Positions 1 through 12,702 of a stretch of DNA of 64,000 bases are shown here, one piece after another (position 1 is the first letter of the stretch; every line of letters starts with the position of its first letter). The notes beneath the pieces are model-generated. The model searched no databases, was not told where the DNA came from, and saw nothing but the letters and a program-made list of their open reading frames with translations. A program made the translations under genes and the position numbers. The stretch is from the NCBI GenBank assembly GCA_002269645.1, contig NIVC01000825.1, positions 62,001 through 126,000 on the forward strand. The letters run 5' to 3'. The DNA comes from Macrostomum lignano (lineage: Eukaryota).

Positions 1-1384
1 TGCATCGCATTTTGCAAGTTGAAGGCTCGTCGCCGCCGCGGCCGCCTCCCTTTGGTAGCTTGCAGCCGACACGGCCGCCGCCGTCGCCGCCACTGCCGCA
101 GTCGGCGGCCGACACTTTGTCGGTGAGGTCGGAGAATTCGCAGCCTCTGGTCAGATCGCGGCCGCGGTGCTGGCAACGCCATCTCTGGTAGAGCAGCCGG
201 ACCACCTCAGTAGTGATGATCTTGTCGGAGCCTTCGCTCAGAATCAGCACGAGAAACACGCCGTCGTGACGTAGAAACTTGGATACGAAGGATTTAACAG
301 AAGAACGGTCAGCTTGCAGGCTGGGATCGGACAGGTGCAAGAAGCGCTTGACAAATTGCACTTGATTGCAAGTGCACAGCAGTCGGAATAGCCACACGCC
401 AATGCTGATTAGCGTGACAAAAGTCAGCATTAGGAACCAGAAAAACAAAACTATATAGATCTTTTCGTTGAGAATGTTAACTGGCAGGGTGCACTGTCCG
501 ATATAGGCGTTAGTAGCTCCGGGATCCAGTCGGAGGCGGATATAGCACAGGGTGTGCAGCGGGAATAGCATAGTGGATTGCCAGAGTCCGCGAGCGCTAA
601 CTGTGTGCTGCAACATGGCGGAGCCGTAGGCCTGCAAGCCCAGCTGTTGGAAGCCGAGAAAGGCGGACATGAACATTAGCTGGCCCATCGCGTTGGCAAG
701 GCACAGCAGCTTAACCAACATGTACAGCAGAGTCAGCATAGTGCCCATTCGCTTACTGGGCACTAGAAAATTGCACCGATTATACAGAGCAGACTTCATC
801 CGTTGCAGTCGGCCATTCCGGAACTCTCGATTATAAACTAGCATTCGTTCGATAACGTCTGCAATACGAGACGCCTGCTCACGGAAGTCATTGTCAGTGC
901 TGGTCTTAGCCTCGGCTGCTAGGCTAACAAGACTATAGATGTCTGATCCGAAACGCCGGCTGCAAATCATCTGCCAGATTAATTTTGGTAGATAAGTGAC
1001 AATGCACTGCAGTAGCAGAGCGAAAGGTACCCACTGGTAATAAGTGAGGAGCTGGTTAGAAATAGTATGATCCCAGTAGTATTCTTGTTCTTCAGAACTC
1101 CTGTATCCAGTGAGTTTTACTATAGCATCCTTCGAGTAGACATACGTCCCGTGAGCCCAGCAGTAGCTTTCGGCAAAATCTATAAAATTAGACGGATGAT
1201 GCTGCGGATTACCGGAGAATATGCAGTGCATAGGCCGGCCAATAAATTCCTTGCCGAAAACGACTAGGCTGAACAAGATTAGAAGCATTGGAGTCCACAC
1301 GAAATTTAGGCGGTCAGTGGTGTCCTCAGCTCCAGGCTTTGTGGCCTTTCGAAGGCTTCGTAAATATTCGATTAAACTGCTCAT
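1..1384 (-). CDS. inx: Innexin (invertebrate gap-junction protein), intronless here, 3' end runs off the window
   Basis: Manual translation from ATG 1384: MSSLIEYLRSLRKATKPGAEDTTDRLNFVWTPMLLILFSLVVFGKEFIGRPMHC..YCWAHGTY..YYQWVPFALLLQ..FPLHTLCYIR..QCTLPVNILNEKIYIVLFFWF. It has the innexin YYQWVP signature, two Cys per extracellular loop and four hydrophobic segments. The frame is open to position 2, which is probably why the ORF track missed it. Confidence 0.95.
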   Translation of the reverse strand, partial: MSSLIEYLRSLRKATKPGAEDTTDRLNFVWTPMLLILFSLVVFGKEFIGRPMHCIFSGNPQHHPSNFIDFAESYCWAHGTYVYSKDAIVKLTGYRSSEEQEYYWDHTISNQLLTYYQWVPFALLLQCIVTYLPKLIWQMICSRRFGSDIYSLVSLAAEAKTSTDNDFREQASRIADVIERMLVYNREFRNGRLQRMKSALYNRCNFLVPSKRMGTMLTLLYMLVKLLCLANAMGQLMFMSAFLGFQQLGLQAYGSAMLQHTVSARGLWQSTMLFPLHTLCYIRLRLDPGATNAYIGQCTLPVNILNEKIYIVLFFWFLMLTFVTLISIGVWLFRLLCTCNQVQFVKRFLHLSDPSLQADRSSVKSFVSKFLRHDGVFLVLILSEGSDKIITTEVVRLLYQRWRCQHRGRDLTRGCEFSDLTDKVSAADCGSGGDGGGRVGCKLPKGGGRGGDEPSTCKMRC

Positions 1385-2099
1385 TATACTTTTGAAAGCA
1401 GCTAAGAAACTTTCTTATTACTTTTTCCTTTCTATGGATGGACTACGATTCAGATAAAGAAATTCGAAGTTGTTTACTATATAATTAAGTCCAGAGTCTA
1501 GACTGTGCGGTTGGCCAGCCGCAAAACCAAACCAAAGAAAGCAATAAAATGATTCCCCCTCCCCCCCCCCCCGAGGCTTGTGTACATTACCCCGCGTAAG
1601 CTAGTGTAAATCTGATAATGGTGTACATTAGGTTTGTAACGTACGCTTATTATAGCTCCACCCCTCCCTGCTCCCCTCCCCTCCCCTCCACGGCTCGCGC
1701 CTGACGGCTAGCCGTGTAAATTCACTAGTAGAAAACGCCCGCGGCTAGCCAAGTGGATCCATCCACCTTAAATCCACATTCCACACAAGGCTAGCCCTAC
1801 CCGTGCCCCATATGCGCTACTCGGTGCTAGTACGACCGAAACGAGTTGACATTGACACTGACAGTGAGGTCTAGGGAACAATTTTGGATGGCGAATTTCA
1901 AAACAAAATTGCTCCAAAATTTTACAAGTTCGGTGCTTTGATTTGTGCCAGATGTCAAAATTCGTAGAAAAGATGGAATTTTAAGATGAAATAACAAAAA
2001 CGGAAATTCGATACCACTATTTGTATTCGAAAAATGATAAAAACCTCTAAAACGGCCCTTTTAATGGAAAATATATAGCCCGCAGATATTAGTGGGCCG

Positions 2100-2255
2100 T
2101 CGTTTGCCAGCGGGACGTTTGCCAGCTGACGTTTGCCAGCGGGACGTTTGCCAGCTGACGTTTGCCAGCGGGACGTTTGCCAGCCGACGTTGGCCAGCGG
2201 GACGTTTGCCAGCCAACGTTTGCCTGCGGGACGTTTGCCAGCCGACGTTTGCCAG
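2100..2255. repeat. 14-15 bp minisatellite (GACGTTTGCCAGC core), ~11 copies
   Basis: Read directly; the same unit occurs inverted at 6673-6784. Confidence 0.9.
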
Positions 2256-2429
2256 TTTAACAACAATTTCTTTGAATGTGGAAATATTATAAAGTTTACT
2301 TCTGACGGCTTTATTGCTTTTCCCAGTTTGAGATGTTTGATTTTTGATTTGCGAGTGAAGACGCGCAAATTTAAACTGGAAACTCCAACGAGCCAAGTTT
2401 TGGGCAAATAAAAGACCTGCTGAACGATA

Positions 2430-3480
2430 ATCTCTCCTAATACTAAAACCGACGCGATGTTTGTCTGTCTGTCTGTCTGTATGTAGCAAGTGAACTCCTA
2501 CAATACTGCCAAGTCAGCGTCGAAACTTATATGGGAAAACTGCAAATTTTCCGGAGCAGGCTTTAGGCTATTTTAATTTTTAATTTTCACATTTTAACAT
2601 CCCTAAAAACGCAGAAAACTGCTTTTTTAACCCCCAATAACCTTCTTTGGTCACTCTGCCTGGGGCTTCAGCCAGTTTGTAAAAATAGCCACCCCTACCT
2701 CCGCCCGCGGGCCGCTGTGTATTGAGGGGTGGTGGGTGCGCGTGTTCTGCGTTCAATGCAAATAAAACCCCCCGCGTATTGGGGGGTCGAGTTAAATTTA
2801 ATTCTACCTATAAAAATCAAAACTCTGTGTGTGTGTGTGTGTGTGGACAATTTTGATCGCTATGGACTCCCAAACCGCTCAACCAAATTACACCAAACTT
2901 TACACCCACCCTAAACTTACTACGGAGAATGTCTTAGGCTACCTTTAAATTTCCTAGACTCAAGTCTTCCTACCTAAAAGTACAGAAAACTGCTCAAAAT
3001 GCGCGATTTTTTCACTTAATCCTCCATAGCGCCGCTCCACTTCTACCGATTCTCTTCAAATTTGACACAGATAATCTTAAACTATTTTGGCACAATCATG
3101 TAAAATTTTGAGTCTCAAAGTTAATCCTGAGCGGTGCTGTGCACTTTTAAAGTTAGGCTGTTTTTTTCAGCGTAGCAACCACCCCAACCTCCGCCCGCCT
3201 GCCTCTCTTTCCCGATACCGATCTGGGCCCAGATGTGTAAAAGGGTTTCAAAATTGACTAACTTTCAGCTGCCATAGTTTTTCTCCACGTGAAGCGATTG
3301 ACTTCAAATTTGACACAATTCTTTATTGACTCATTCTCTGCCTACATGTAAAGTCTCAACTCTGTATCTCAATCAGGACAGAAACTGTAAGCATGTGAAG
3401 TTTGTCTGCTTTTTCTGTTGTTTGTGCCGCTCACTCACTCCACTCATTCCCCCCAGAGCCAGACGAAGGGTCAGGCGATA
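2430..3480 (+). mobile_element. Possible non-autonomous Helitron/HINE-like repeat(s)
   Basis: TC-starting AT-rich heads followed by microsatellites (tctctcctaatactaaaa..(TGTC)n at ~2431; tctacctataaaaatcaaaac..(TG)n at ~2803) and CCGATT..AAATTTGACAC blocks resemble invertebrate HINE/Helitron-N elements. No clear 3' hairpin+CTRR end was identified. Confidence 0.3.
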
Positions 3481-3598
3481 GGACTGAATGTACATAGCAA
3501 ATGTACAGTGTTTTGGAATAACTTTATTTATAGCCTTCTCTGCACCCCGAGAGTGGAGAGGCTACGTTTAGCCATAACAGTTTAGTGAGAAATTCTAA

Positions 3599-4640
3599 CC
3601 ACTGCCCTCCCCTCTGTATTGGCAAACTCTGCAGCAGTTTAACAGTGGATGGCAATTGGCAAATCGAGGGAATCCAGCTCCAGCATGGTTTGTAAAAGCG
3701 AAAGATTTATGAAAAGGCAATGCAGTGCAATACAACCCTACTAAATTAGCCACACCATGGAAATTTTAGGTTTCTTTTAAAGGTAGTGTGTAAATTTTAA
3801 ATGGCCTCCTAAGAAATGCGTATTTCCTTGGTTGTTAGACTGATCCAGAGTCCAGACTGCAGTGGAGCTGAAGATTACACAAATTCCTTTCAGGGCTGCA
3901 AATTGGCAAGAAAGATGACGTGATCAAAGCATGAGAACAACGATGAGAGTAGTACGTCCCACAAACTGGCTTTCGAAGCAGGGATCGGCAGACTTTTACT
4001 TCAAAAGCCAGATAAAGAATCCAGCTCATGTGCGGGCCAGATGAGAGTGGAAAGGAGAAGGAATAGACTATTAGAAGAGAGGAGAGGCGAGAGGGGGATT
4101 AGAGAAAACATGGAAGATAAGACCACTGCCCTCCCCTCTGTATTGGCAAACTCTGCAGCAGTTTAACAGTGGATGGCAATTGGCAAATCGAGGGAATCCA
4201 GCATGGTTTGTAAAAGCGAAAGATTTATGAAAAGGCAATGCAGTGCAATACAACCCTACTAAATTAGCCACACCATGGAAATTTTAGGTTTCTTTTAAAG
4301 GTAGTGTGTAAATTTTAAATGGCCTCCTAAGAAATGCGTATTTCCTTGGTTGTTAGACTGATCCAGAGTCCAGACTGCAGTGGAGCTGAAGATTACACAA
4401 ATTCCTTTCAGGGCTGCAAATTGGCAAGAAAGATGACGTGATCAAAGCATGAGAACAACGATGAGAGTAGTACGTCCCACAAACTGGCTTTCGAAGCAGG
4501 GATCGGCAGACTTTTACTTCAAAAGCCAGATAAAGAATCCAGCTCATGTGCGGGCCAGATGAGAGTGGAAAGGAGAAGGAATAGACTATTAGAAGAGAGG
4601 AGAGGCGAGAGGGGGATTAGAGAAAACATGGAAGATAAGA
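3599..4640. repeat. Tandem duplication, copies 3599-4122 (524 bp) and 4123-4640 (518 bp)
   Basis: Identical 64-aa ORFs at 3835 and 4353 (offset 518). The one difference noticed is an extra 6 bp (ctccag) in copy 1. Confidence 0.92.
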
Positions 4641-5369
4641 GGAGAGACAAGTGGTGAGGAGAGAGCAGAGAAGAAGTGAGGAAGAAGCGAGAGGAGGGGA
4701 GAAAGGAGGGAGAGGAAAGAGTAAAGGTGAGAAGAGGGGAGAGATGAGACAGAGGATCAATGAGAGGAGAGTAAAGAAGAGTGAGAAGAGAGTAGAGATG
4801 AGAGAGCAGAAAGAAGATGACAGAGGGTCAAGAGGAGAGGAGAGAGTAGAAAGGATAGAGAAGAGAGGAGATAAGAGGGGGAGAGAGGAGTGAGAAGAGA
4901 AGAGATAGAGATAAGAGAGGGGTGTAAGAAGAGGGGAGAAAGGAGAGATGAGATTGTAGAGATGAGACAAATGAAAGGAGAGATGAGAAAGTAAAGATGA
5001 GAGATGAAAAAGGTGAGAGGAGAGTGCAGAGAGACGAGAGAAGATAATAGAGGAGAGAGAGAGTATAGAAGAGGGAAGAGAAAAGAAGAGAGGAGTAAGG
5101 AAAGAGAGGAGTCAGAAGAGGTGAAAGAGAAGAGTACAGAGGAGATAAGTGAGAGAACGTATTAGAGAGTAAAGATGACAGATGAGAGAGCAGAGATGAG
5201 GGTGAACAGACGAGAGATGGGAGAGTAGAGAGAACAGAGGAGAGATAAGAGAGAAGAGATTACAGAAACTAGAGGAGAGAGGAGAGACAGGAGACAGAAG
5301 AGGAAATAGGAGAATGAAGAAGGGAGAGAGTAGAGAGGAGAAGAGAGATGGGAGAGGAGAGATGAGAGA

Positions 5370-5431
<62 letters not shown>

Positions 5432-5870
5432 GAGACAGAGAGAGAGAGAGAGAGAGCGCAGAGCAGAGAGAAACGAGAAGAGATAAGCGAGAAAAGATAA
5501 AAGAAGAGAAAGGAGAGATAAAAACGCAGACAAGAGAGAAGAGAGGTGAGGGAAGAGACGAGCGACGAGGGGAGAGAGAAGAGATAAAACAAGAAAAGAA
5601 ATGAGAGGAAAGAGAGAGGAAAGAGGTGAGAGAAGAGACGAGAGAAGAGGGGAGAGAGGAGAGAGAGGAGAAGAGAGAAAACGAAAAAGTAGAGAGGAGA
5701 GAGGAGAGGGGAGAGAAAAGAAGAGACAAGAGATGAGATAAGAGAGATGAAAGAGAAGAGAGATGAGGGAAGATACGAGAGAAGAGGGGAAAAGGGAGAG
5801 AGGAGAGAGGAGAGACGAGGGACGAGAGAGATGAGAGGAAACAAAGAGACGATAGAAATTTTAAAGGATC
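4560..5870. repeat. ~1.3 kb polypurine (GA-rich) low-complexity tract with a (GA)n core
   Basis: + strand almost only A/G; the overlapping ORFs are low-complexity translations. Confidence 0.9.
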
Positions 5871-6672
5871 CAAGGGACGTAGGGAGAGTCAGGGAGAGAC
5901 CAGAGTTTAGCAATATATGTTTTAGAGTCAGACAGACATTGCCTGACATTCTGCGCAGTACCCCAGCCAACAATGTCTCAAACCCTAATTTTACACGAAT
6001 GTGCTCCATTTAATGTCTACCTCTATCCTACTAACTATTAACAAGTTTTTGTTTGTGTATGGCCTTAGACTTCAGAATACATGCAAAAGTAGTTCCGGGT
6101 ATTGGAATTCCCCGGGTTCAAAATCCGCGGGTTTCAACAGCTTGTTCTGGCTTATATATTTCCCAGTTCATTGGGAGATCCAAAAGTAAGCGAATTAATT
6201 CCAATGCAGCTTGTCAAGTGCACGCTGTCATGGCCAAACTCCGTTAAGCAGAGTTTGGCTTTTGAGTTAAGTATATACAGGCGAGACTAGACTAAGCCAA
6301 TACCATTATGGATGTCTCAGTCTTTTCCCATTTAGCTTGTAAACACTTAGCTTGCATGTTTGGCCACTGAGATGGAAAAGGCCATTCCAGATTCCATGCA
6401 TGGCATACATAGACATCAACCGTGACAATGGAAACTCCTATTTTGTATTTTTACCTTTATATTTAGGCAGACACGAGCAATAACTTCTTCAGAGTATTTA
6501 TAATAACTTCAATAAGCCTGAACAGTAGTTTGTTAGTAACCTCATAACCTGTATATTCTATTCAATAGCAGTAGTCGGGAGCGAGGTGGAATTAGATTAG
6601 TGCTATGTCCACAGTTTTTAAATGCAAGTACATGTAAGCCTAGAGAGGGCGTACTTCTTTAACCAATTGCCG

Positions 6673-6784
6673 CCTGCAAATGTCCGGCTGGCAAACGTCC
6701 CGCAGGCAAACGTCGGCTGGCAAACGTCGGCTGGCAAACGTCGGCTGGCAAACGTCGGCTGGCAAACGTCGGCTGACAAACGTT
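6673..6784. repeat. 14-bp minisatellite (GGCAAACGTCGGCT), inverted relative of the 2100 array
   Basis: Read directly. Confidence 0.88.
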
Positions 6785-7325
6785 GCTATCCCATATTAGC
6801 AACTGCTCTATGCAGCAAACAATCTAATTATGTATTTCGATTAAAATCACAGGGAATTTATTGAATGATATTTAGATTTTTGTATAAAAGCGTTAATTTT
6901 TCTCTGCCTATAATACCTAATTCAAGTACTCAAAATTCAAATCTACGACATTTTGATTTTTTGCAAATATCTCGAAAACTTTGCATACAAACCTATTGCA
7001 AAAAGAATCTAATGATGCATTATAAATCTATCAATTATCTACAAAAGGACACCTTACATGTATTGGTTGAAAAATAGCTAGGGGAACAGGAGTTTGTCAA
7101 ATATTGAAAAATGCGGTGCATTTTAATTTTGTTGATTTTTTAAACTTTGGATGCATATATTTCCGATTTCTGCACATATACTTGTAGCAACATGCTTGGT
7201 GTGATTTTGTAGCAAGCATTTAGGTGTATAATTTTGATGGGTTTCGGCCTTTTCGGCCCCTTTCGGGAAGTCTTCGGGCCTCAGGTCTCAAAAAAAATGT
7301 ATTTGAGTCCTGGCCCCCCACTCCT

Positions 7326-7739
7326 TGTCATGATCAGCCCCATTGTAGCTTGATCTGTGGCGAGCAGGGAGAATTTTGAAGGTAGAGATCAGCTAATCCT
7401 TAGATTAACTAACCCGCTGCCACCAGCCCGTGCATCCTGGCTCACCAAACCGGAACTTTCGAAATCGGGCTTCCGACTAGAGGGGGCTTTGCACTTACCT
7501 GCCAACTAGCGTCTTTTTGCTGTCAATCTCGAAGTCATAGCCGATGATAAGGAACATTATCAGGGACATGATAAGCGCTAACTGATTTGATAGATTGATC
7601 GACTGAGAACTGCCTTGCCATTGGTCCACTGTGACCGGCGCCTACTAGCTTAGCCACTCATCTGAGCCATCGGCGAACAAAGAAATAAAACCGATAAAAA
7701 TAACTGTCAGATTTAACTTTCTCACTGATTGACTTCACA
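7326..7739 (+). mobile_element. Possible solo LTR
   Basis: Starts TGTCA, ends TCACA, AATAAA at ~7684. No target-site duplication or PBS seen. Confidence 0.25.
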
Positions 7740-8194
7740 CCTCAGATTAAATAGGAGTTTCAGGCTACAAACGGTATTATTGAATGACTGCCTCAATAAC
7801 AGCACTACTGAACAAAATGAGCAAAATTGTGCGCCTAATCCAGCTACTGAAACAGGAGACAGATAAAGGATCACCCAATCAAGCAAGTTTAGGTAGCCTC
7901 TCACCCAACCAATCAGAAACTCAACAGCCGGAGACCATGCAGGTAATCCACAGTGACCGAATCGGCTTATTGCTTCGAAGCTGTAGACCCGGGATGATGC
8001 TGTCACAGTCTTCGCAGATAGCTAGCAGGTGATGATCTCAACCTTGATGTTCGCTGCTGACGACCGGGGGAATTCGTCCTTGATGATGACGGCGGGAGTC
8101 GCGATCCGGGGATCAAGAGACGACGGTCGAGCTCCGGGAGGTCTAAGTTAGGCCAAAGTCCCTGGAGTTTGAGGTCCGAGCGGGTCAAAAACAC

Positions 8195-8310
8195 CGGTTT
8201 AAATAGCCGCCAACTGGACCGCAAATTTTGATATAATGGAACACTTCGACGCTGATTGGCTGAGCCGATTTTTTATAACTGACGTCCAATTTTCTGATTG
8301 GCTGAGCTTG
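8195..8310 (-). promoter_or_regulatory. Promoter-like cluster: two CCAAT boxes, a CRE-like GACGTCA and TATTTAAA
   Basis: The - strand reads ctcagCCAATcag..gacgtca..ctcagCCAATcag..ggcTATTTAAAcc. No convincing ORF follows. Confidence 0.35.
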
Positions 8311-10338
8311 TTGCCACCCAAACTCACGTGACCAGAAGATCCTAATAGTTCCCTCAGTGCCATAAAAATACGCCAGGTGTTGCCATAAATCACTCAAAAT
8401 CGCTACATAATGATTTTTTTACCGTTGGCGTAGGAATGACAAAAATTAATGAAAAATATGGATTAGAAAGATCTTATTAAGTAGAAAGTGAAGATGGTGA
8501 AGAGAAATCGCTAATCGCCAATCCCAAAGTACTTTTAGGAGTAAAACGCATAGCTGTCAAAGCTGTCAAACGCTTGAGTGAACACGAACATATAGTCCCT
8601 GACCTCATAAATCTGATGGCCTGTCAAAAATGATGAGAAAAAAGCTACCGCCCGCGTCCTCTCAGACCATCTGGCGGCTGGCGCCAGCCTGAGCTTGAGT
8701 GAAGCGCAGGTGGCTGTCAGACCAGCTCAAAAGCAATGATTTATAACTCCAAAAGCAGCAAAAAACCGCGCCTATGTTATTATGACTACAAGTATGGCAG
8801 ATTCATATAGCTACAAAAGTCCTACTAGTATTAATTCTAGAAAAGTTACTTAAAAATTAAAGGCATGTTGTTAGTAGGCTAGCAAGTTTGGAGCCCATGT
8901 GCGAGCGTGAAATTTGGAGAAAAGTGCGTCCTCATCAATTTAAATTAAAAACCTAAAAGTTTTCAGTTTTTTTAGATCGCTAATTTAGAAAATATTACGT
9001 TATAACCCAATTTTGACTTTAATTCGATTTTACACATTTCCGATATTATTTTGATTTGATTGTATAAATACTGTGACGGTTTGAGTTCTTGTACACCGTT
9101 TTTGCAAAATAATTTACTGATACTTAAATCTTCTACTAATTAATTGTATTTGTGCACGTTCTGGCTGACCTGTTAGTCAGATAAAGTTTTCATTATTTTG
9201 TTTAAATCTTAATATTCAATTTCAAATGACCATTAAAAACGTTTTGAATTTCCATCAAGCTGCTGGTCTGGTTGTCTGGTTTGTCGTTCGTCGCTCTTGG
9301 CTTTGTGCTGGCTCTAATACCTAATAGTTAAATATATTGAATATGGTTCGCAGATTTTCGACAGTATTTTCGACAGCTCCCTGTAACTCGCCCAGTTCAC
9401 TACTTGACTACTTCACTACTTCACTACTTGTGAATCCTGATAAATCGCTACACAACTCATCAACATCAGCAAAAGAAAAGTAGGCTTAATAAAATTGTCG
9501 CAATACGTTCCGGATCTAATATGTATACCAGAAGATATAGAAAGTAGAAATAAAATGTCTGTACAAATCTACAAAGGACATCCCATTAAGGCAAACTTCG
9601 TTCTGTATATAAACTTCGGTCTTCGGTCGTTACATTGCTATTTGCTCCGCTTTAGCAGGAGCAATCTGCAAATCATCTACTAGTTTTAGTATAGCTAATG
9701 CATAATAAATTGATCGCTAAGTTGGATATAAGTTGCATAAAGGATTTTTATGAAAATCATAAGCAAAAGATCTAATTATTTGTTGTATTTCGTTTTTATT
9801 GATACTATATAATTACAAAATAAAGCATAAAACATCATAAAGTACTATACTTTTAATTCTATTCATGCGTGGACTGTGTACATTAATATATAACTCGTGG
9901 TCCTATATCAAAAGTATTCATGAGACAGATTGCCCTGCGTATTGCTTTTTTAGTGAAACAGTAGAGTAGCAATATCAATAGCCGCAATATAGGTATTTTT
10001 GGACCTCACGGCCCGATATTAAGGCCGGGATTCTGGTTTTTGGACCAGAATTCGCAACTAAATTACGGGTAATAAATTAACTTTAGTCTACTCTAGAAAA
10101 TCATCCTTGTCAATATATATATGGAAAGAAGCTTTAAATAGAATGGCTATATATACTTTACTATGTTTCTCTCTGCTTTGAAGTACCTGCTGCCCTTTGG
10201 TAGTCCGGACCCTAGACACAAGTCTTCGCTACCTTACAGTTACTACATGCGTCTTAACCTTGTCTATTCGAAACCCAACGGCCAATCCCAGTTAATTTCC
10301 ATTTAATTTCTGTAGCTCTGTAGCAGCAGATAAAAATA

Positions 10339-11597
10339 ATGTCAGGTAGACAGCTGCCAGATCACTATGCAAGAAGCGCCGCGTCGCACTGCGCCAGTCA
10401 GCTGGCAGATACTGCACCAGTAACGCCGACCTTCTACGCAGCTAAATGGTGCCAACAGCCGGGCTTTCTGGATCCGTTCGAAGTGGTGTACCTATGCATC
10501 CGGCGCCTGCGGCAGGCCACCTACGTGAATGTCCGGTACTATCGACATTGCGGCGAAAAGGTGGCAAACAAGACCTGCCTGTGTCCCGGTCTTGAGCTTT
10601 ACATTCAAGAGATGCGACCGGACTCGCAGGTGAGGGACAAATGACTTGGTCAACAATTTCGCATCCTCAACAGGTTCAGAAAGTCAGTAACTCAGTCCAG
10701 AATCCCACTGTCTCGCGTCCCAAACTGAATCCGTAATCCCACAACCATCGCCAGGTCCAGCAGGACTTGGCCGAGCACATCTCTCGCGGCTCTGTATCGC
10801 ACTTGAAGTTTGTGATAGGAAAATACCGACTAGACCAGGTGCTGCTATTCCTCATGAAGTACCTGCGAGAGCGCGGTCCATTGCTTCGAATTAATTACAC
10901 CTCGCTGGAGCACCTGCAACAGACTTGCTGCCGCAGTGTCACTCTAGCGAAGACCCACCTTACAGGTGGTCAGATGCATGAATTTGAGTTTGAATCGTTC
11001 GCAGCGCTCGGCTCGTATCTCAGCGACCTACTGACCATAGCCTGCTCGCACGATCTCTTCTGGATGACTTCCCACCTGGCCGAGCTGTGGGGCCCCCTGC
11101 TCGTAGACTTTGTCAATGTTAGCAGCCAGCTGTCCGAGACACTGGCCGAAGACCAACTGACGGAGCGGCGCATCAGCTTCATGGCCCGCTTGCTGGAGGC
11201 GATGCCCTGGGACTCGCTGAAGTGGTGCGAGTCGCTTCGCTTGACTTTGGGCCCGGAGCCGGACCGCAACGAGTTGCTGCGCAGCGGAGTGGAGAGAAGT
11301 AGGCAAATGGCCAGCTTGCAGGAGCGACCGCTGGCTTTGGCGGGCATCTCCACCAAATCAGTCTGCGACATCCTGGACGGCAAGAGCGGAGAGTCGGACA
11401 GCGGCGTCATTCGGGACTCAAGGTACCTGGATGCGCTGAATGAGAAATTGCTGATGGATGAGCTGGCTCAGGCAGAGGAGCGAAAATCACAACTCGAACG
11501 GGAGGCGAGGAACAAAGACTACAGTAGCGAGTACATGTACTCAAAAGAGTACCGAGCAATTCATGCGCCTCATGGCATGTGCAAGAGTGGAGTTTGA
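10339..11597 (+). CDS. Uncharacterised two-exon protein (~377 aa)
   Basis: Exon 1 10339-10629 (CAG|GTGAGG, phase 0) joins exon 2 from 10755 (CCAG|GTC CAG CAG GAC TTG) in frame with ORF 10767-11597. GC-rich codon-like composition in AT-rich flanks; no recognisable family motif. Confidence 0.72.
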
Positions 11598-12702
11598 GCT
11601 GTGCGAGTGCTCGCGCCATTCAGCTATATTCTATTCGCATATACGGCCAATTCTTTCTACAAAAATTTAACTTTTTAGTGCCACATCAAATTGGCACAAT
11701 GTTTTAGGGAACCACAGGGACTTTACCTACATGGCCTTTCGTGTCCATAGCTTCGCGTAGGAATCATAATTATCATAGCATATTTTATCACATTGCGCGA
11801 ACAATCTCGCGTCCCATTTTTGTCCAGCTATTTCTACTATCAGTAGTATGCTAGAGTAGGATAGTGTGCATTGAAATATAATGGATTTCACATATCGCCG
11901 TACAAGTACGACGGCTTAACTAAATAGGGCGGTGAACAGACAGTTCTCGAAAACAAAAAATCCTGCTAACGGAAATGTGTTCATCTTTCTAGCTTGTTCA
12001 TGGGGTTTAATAGCTAGAGTTTAGACTGAACGCGATGGGTTAGTCTACGCATTCGAAAGTGTATATATCTGTAAATAAATCAACGAGAATGCATTTTAGA
12101 CATAGAAAGGTTGAGCTATAGATAAGATGCCTTCACATGCAGCAGAATTAGGTCATTCGCAAACTTGCAAATTTGATCATTTTAAGCAAGATACATGAAA
12201 GGGGAGGTTGTTCGTGCAAGCTAGAATATTCTGATTTAAACACTAACGTTTTCTAACATTCTCGAGTACATTCAGTACCTGTTTTAATAATGCGTGGTTC
12301 GACCAGGTACATAAAGAGGTGATTCACTGAACTCTAAAGCCCTAGGAAGAATTTCTAGGCCAGTATCAGAATATTGCTGTATACGCTTGCATGTACATTT
12401 TTACAGCAAGAAGAAATTCTGCCCCCAAGCAGGGGTGGCTGCATGCTTTGCAAAGGGCAAACGAGACACCAGTGTGCGCAAGCAAATTCAACTCACGTGA
12501 CCACCTAGCGATGACACTAAATTTTCTTAATAAATGGGCTGCAGTGCGGTGTAGCAGGGGTCAAGCTAGCTGTGAAACGACCCAGCAAGCTCCCCGATAA
12601 GAACTAACTCATGCATATATAACGCTAGCACTCTCAGAAACGCATTGCAGAAGACTACCATCATTGTAGTGCCATTACAGCTATTGATCAGCACAGCAAG
12701 AC

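Noticed and set aside
4617-6013. Leu/Ser-rich and Arg/Glu-rich ORFs
   Set aside because: Translations of the GA/TC low-complexity tract.
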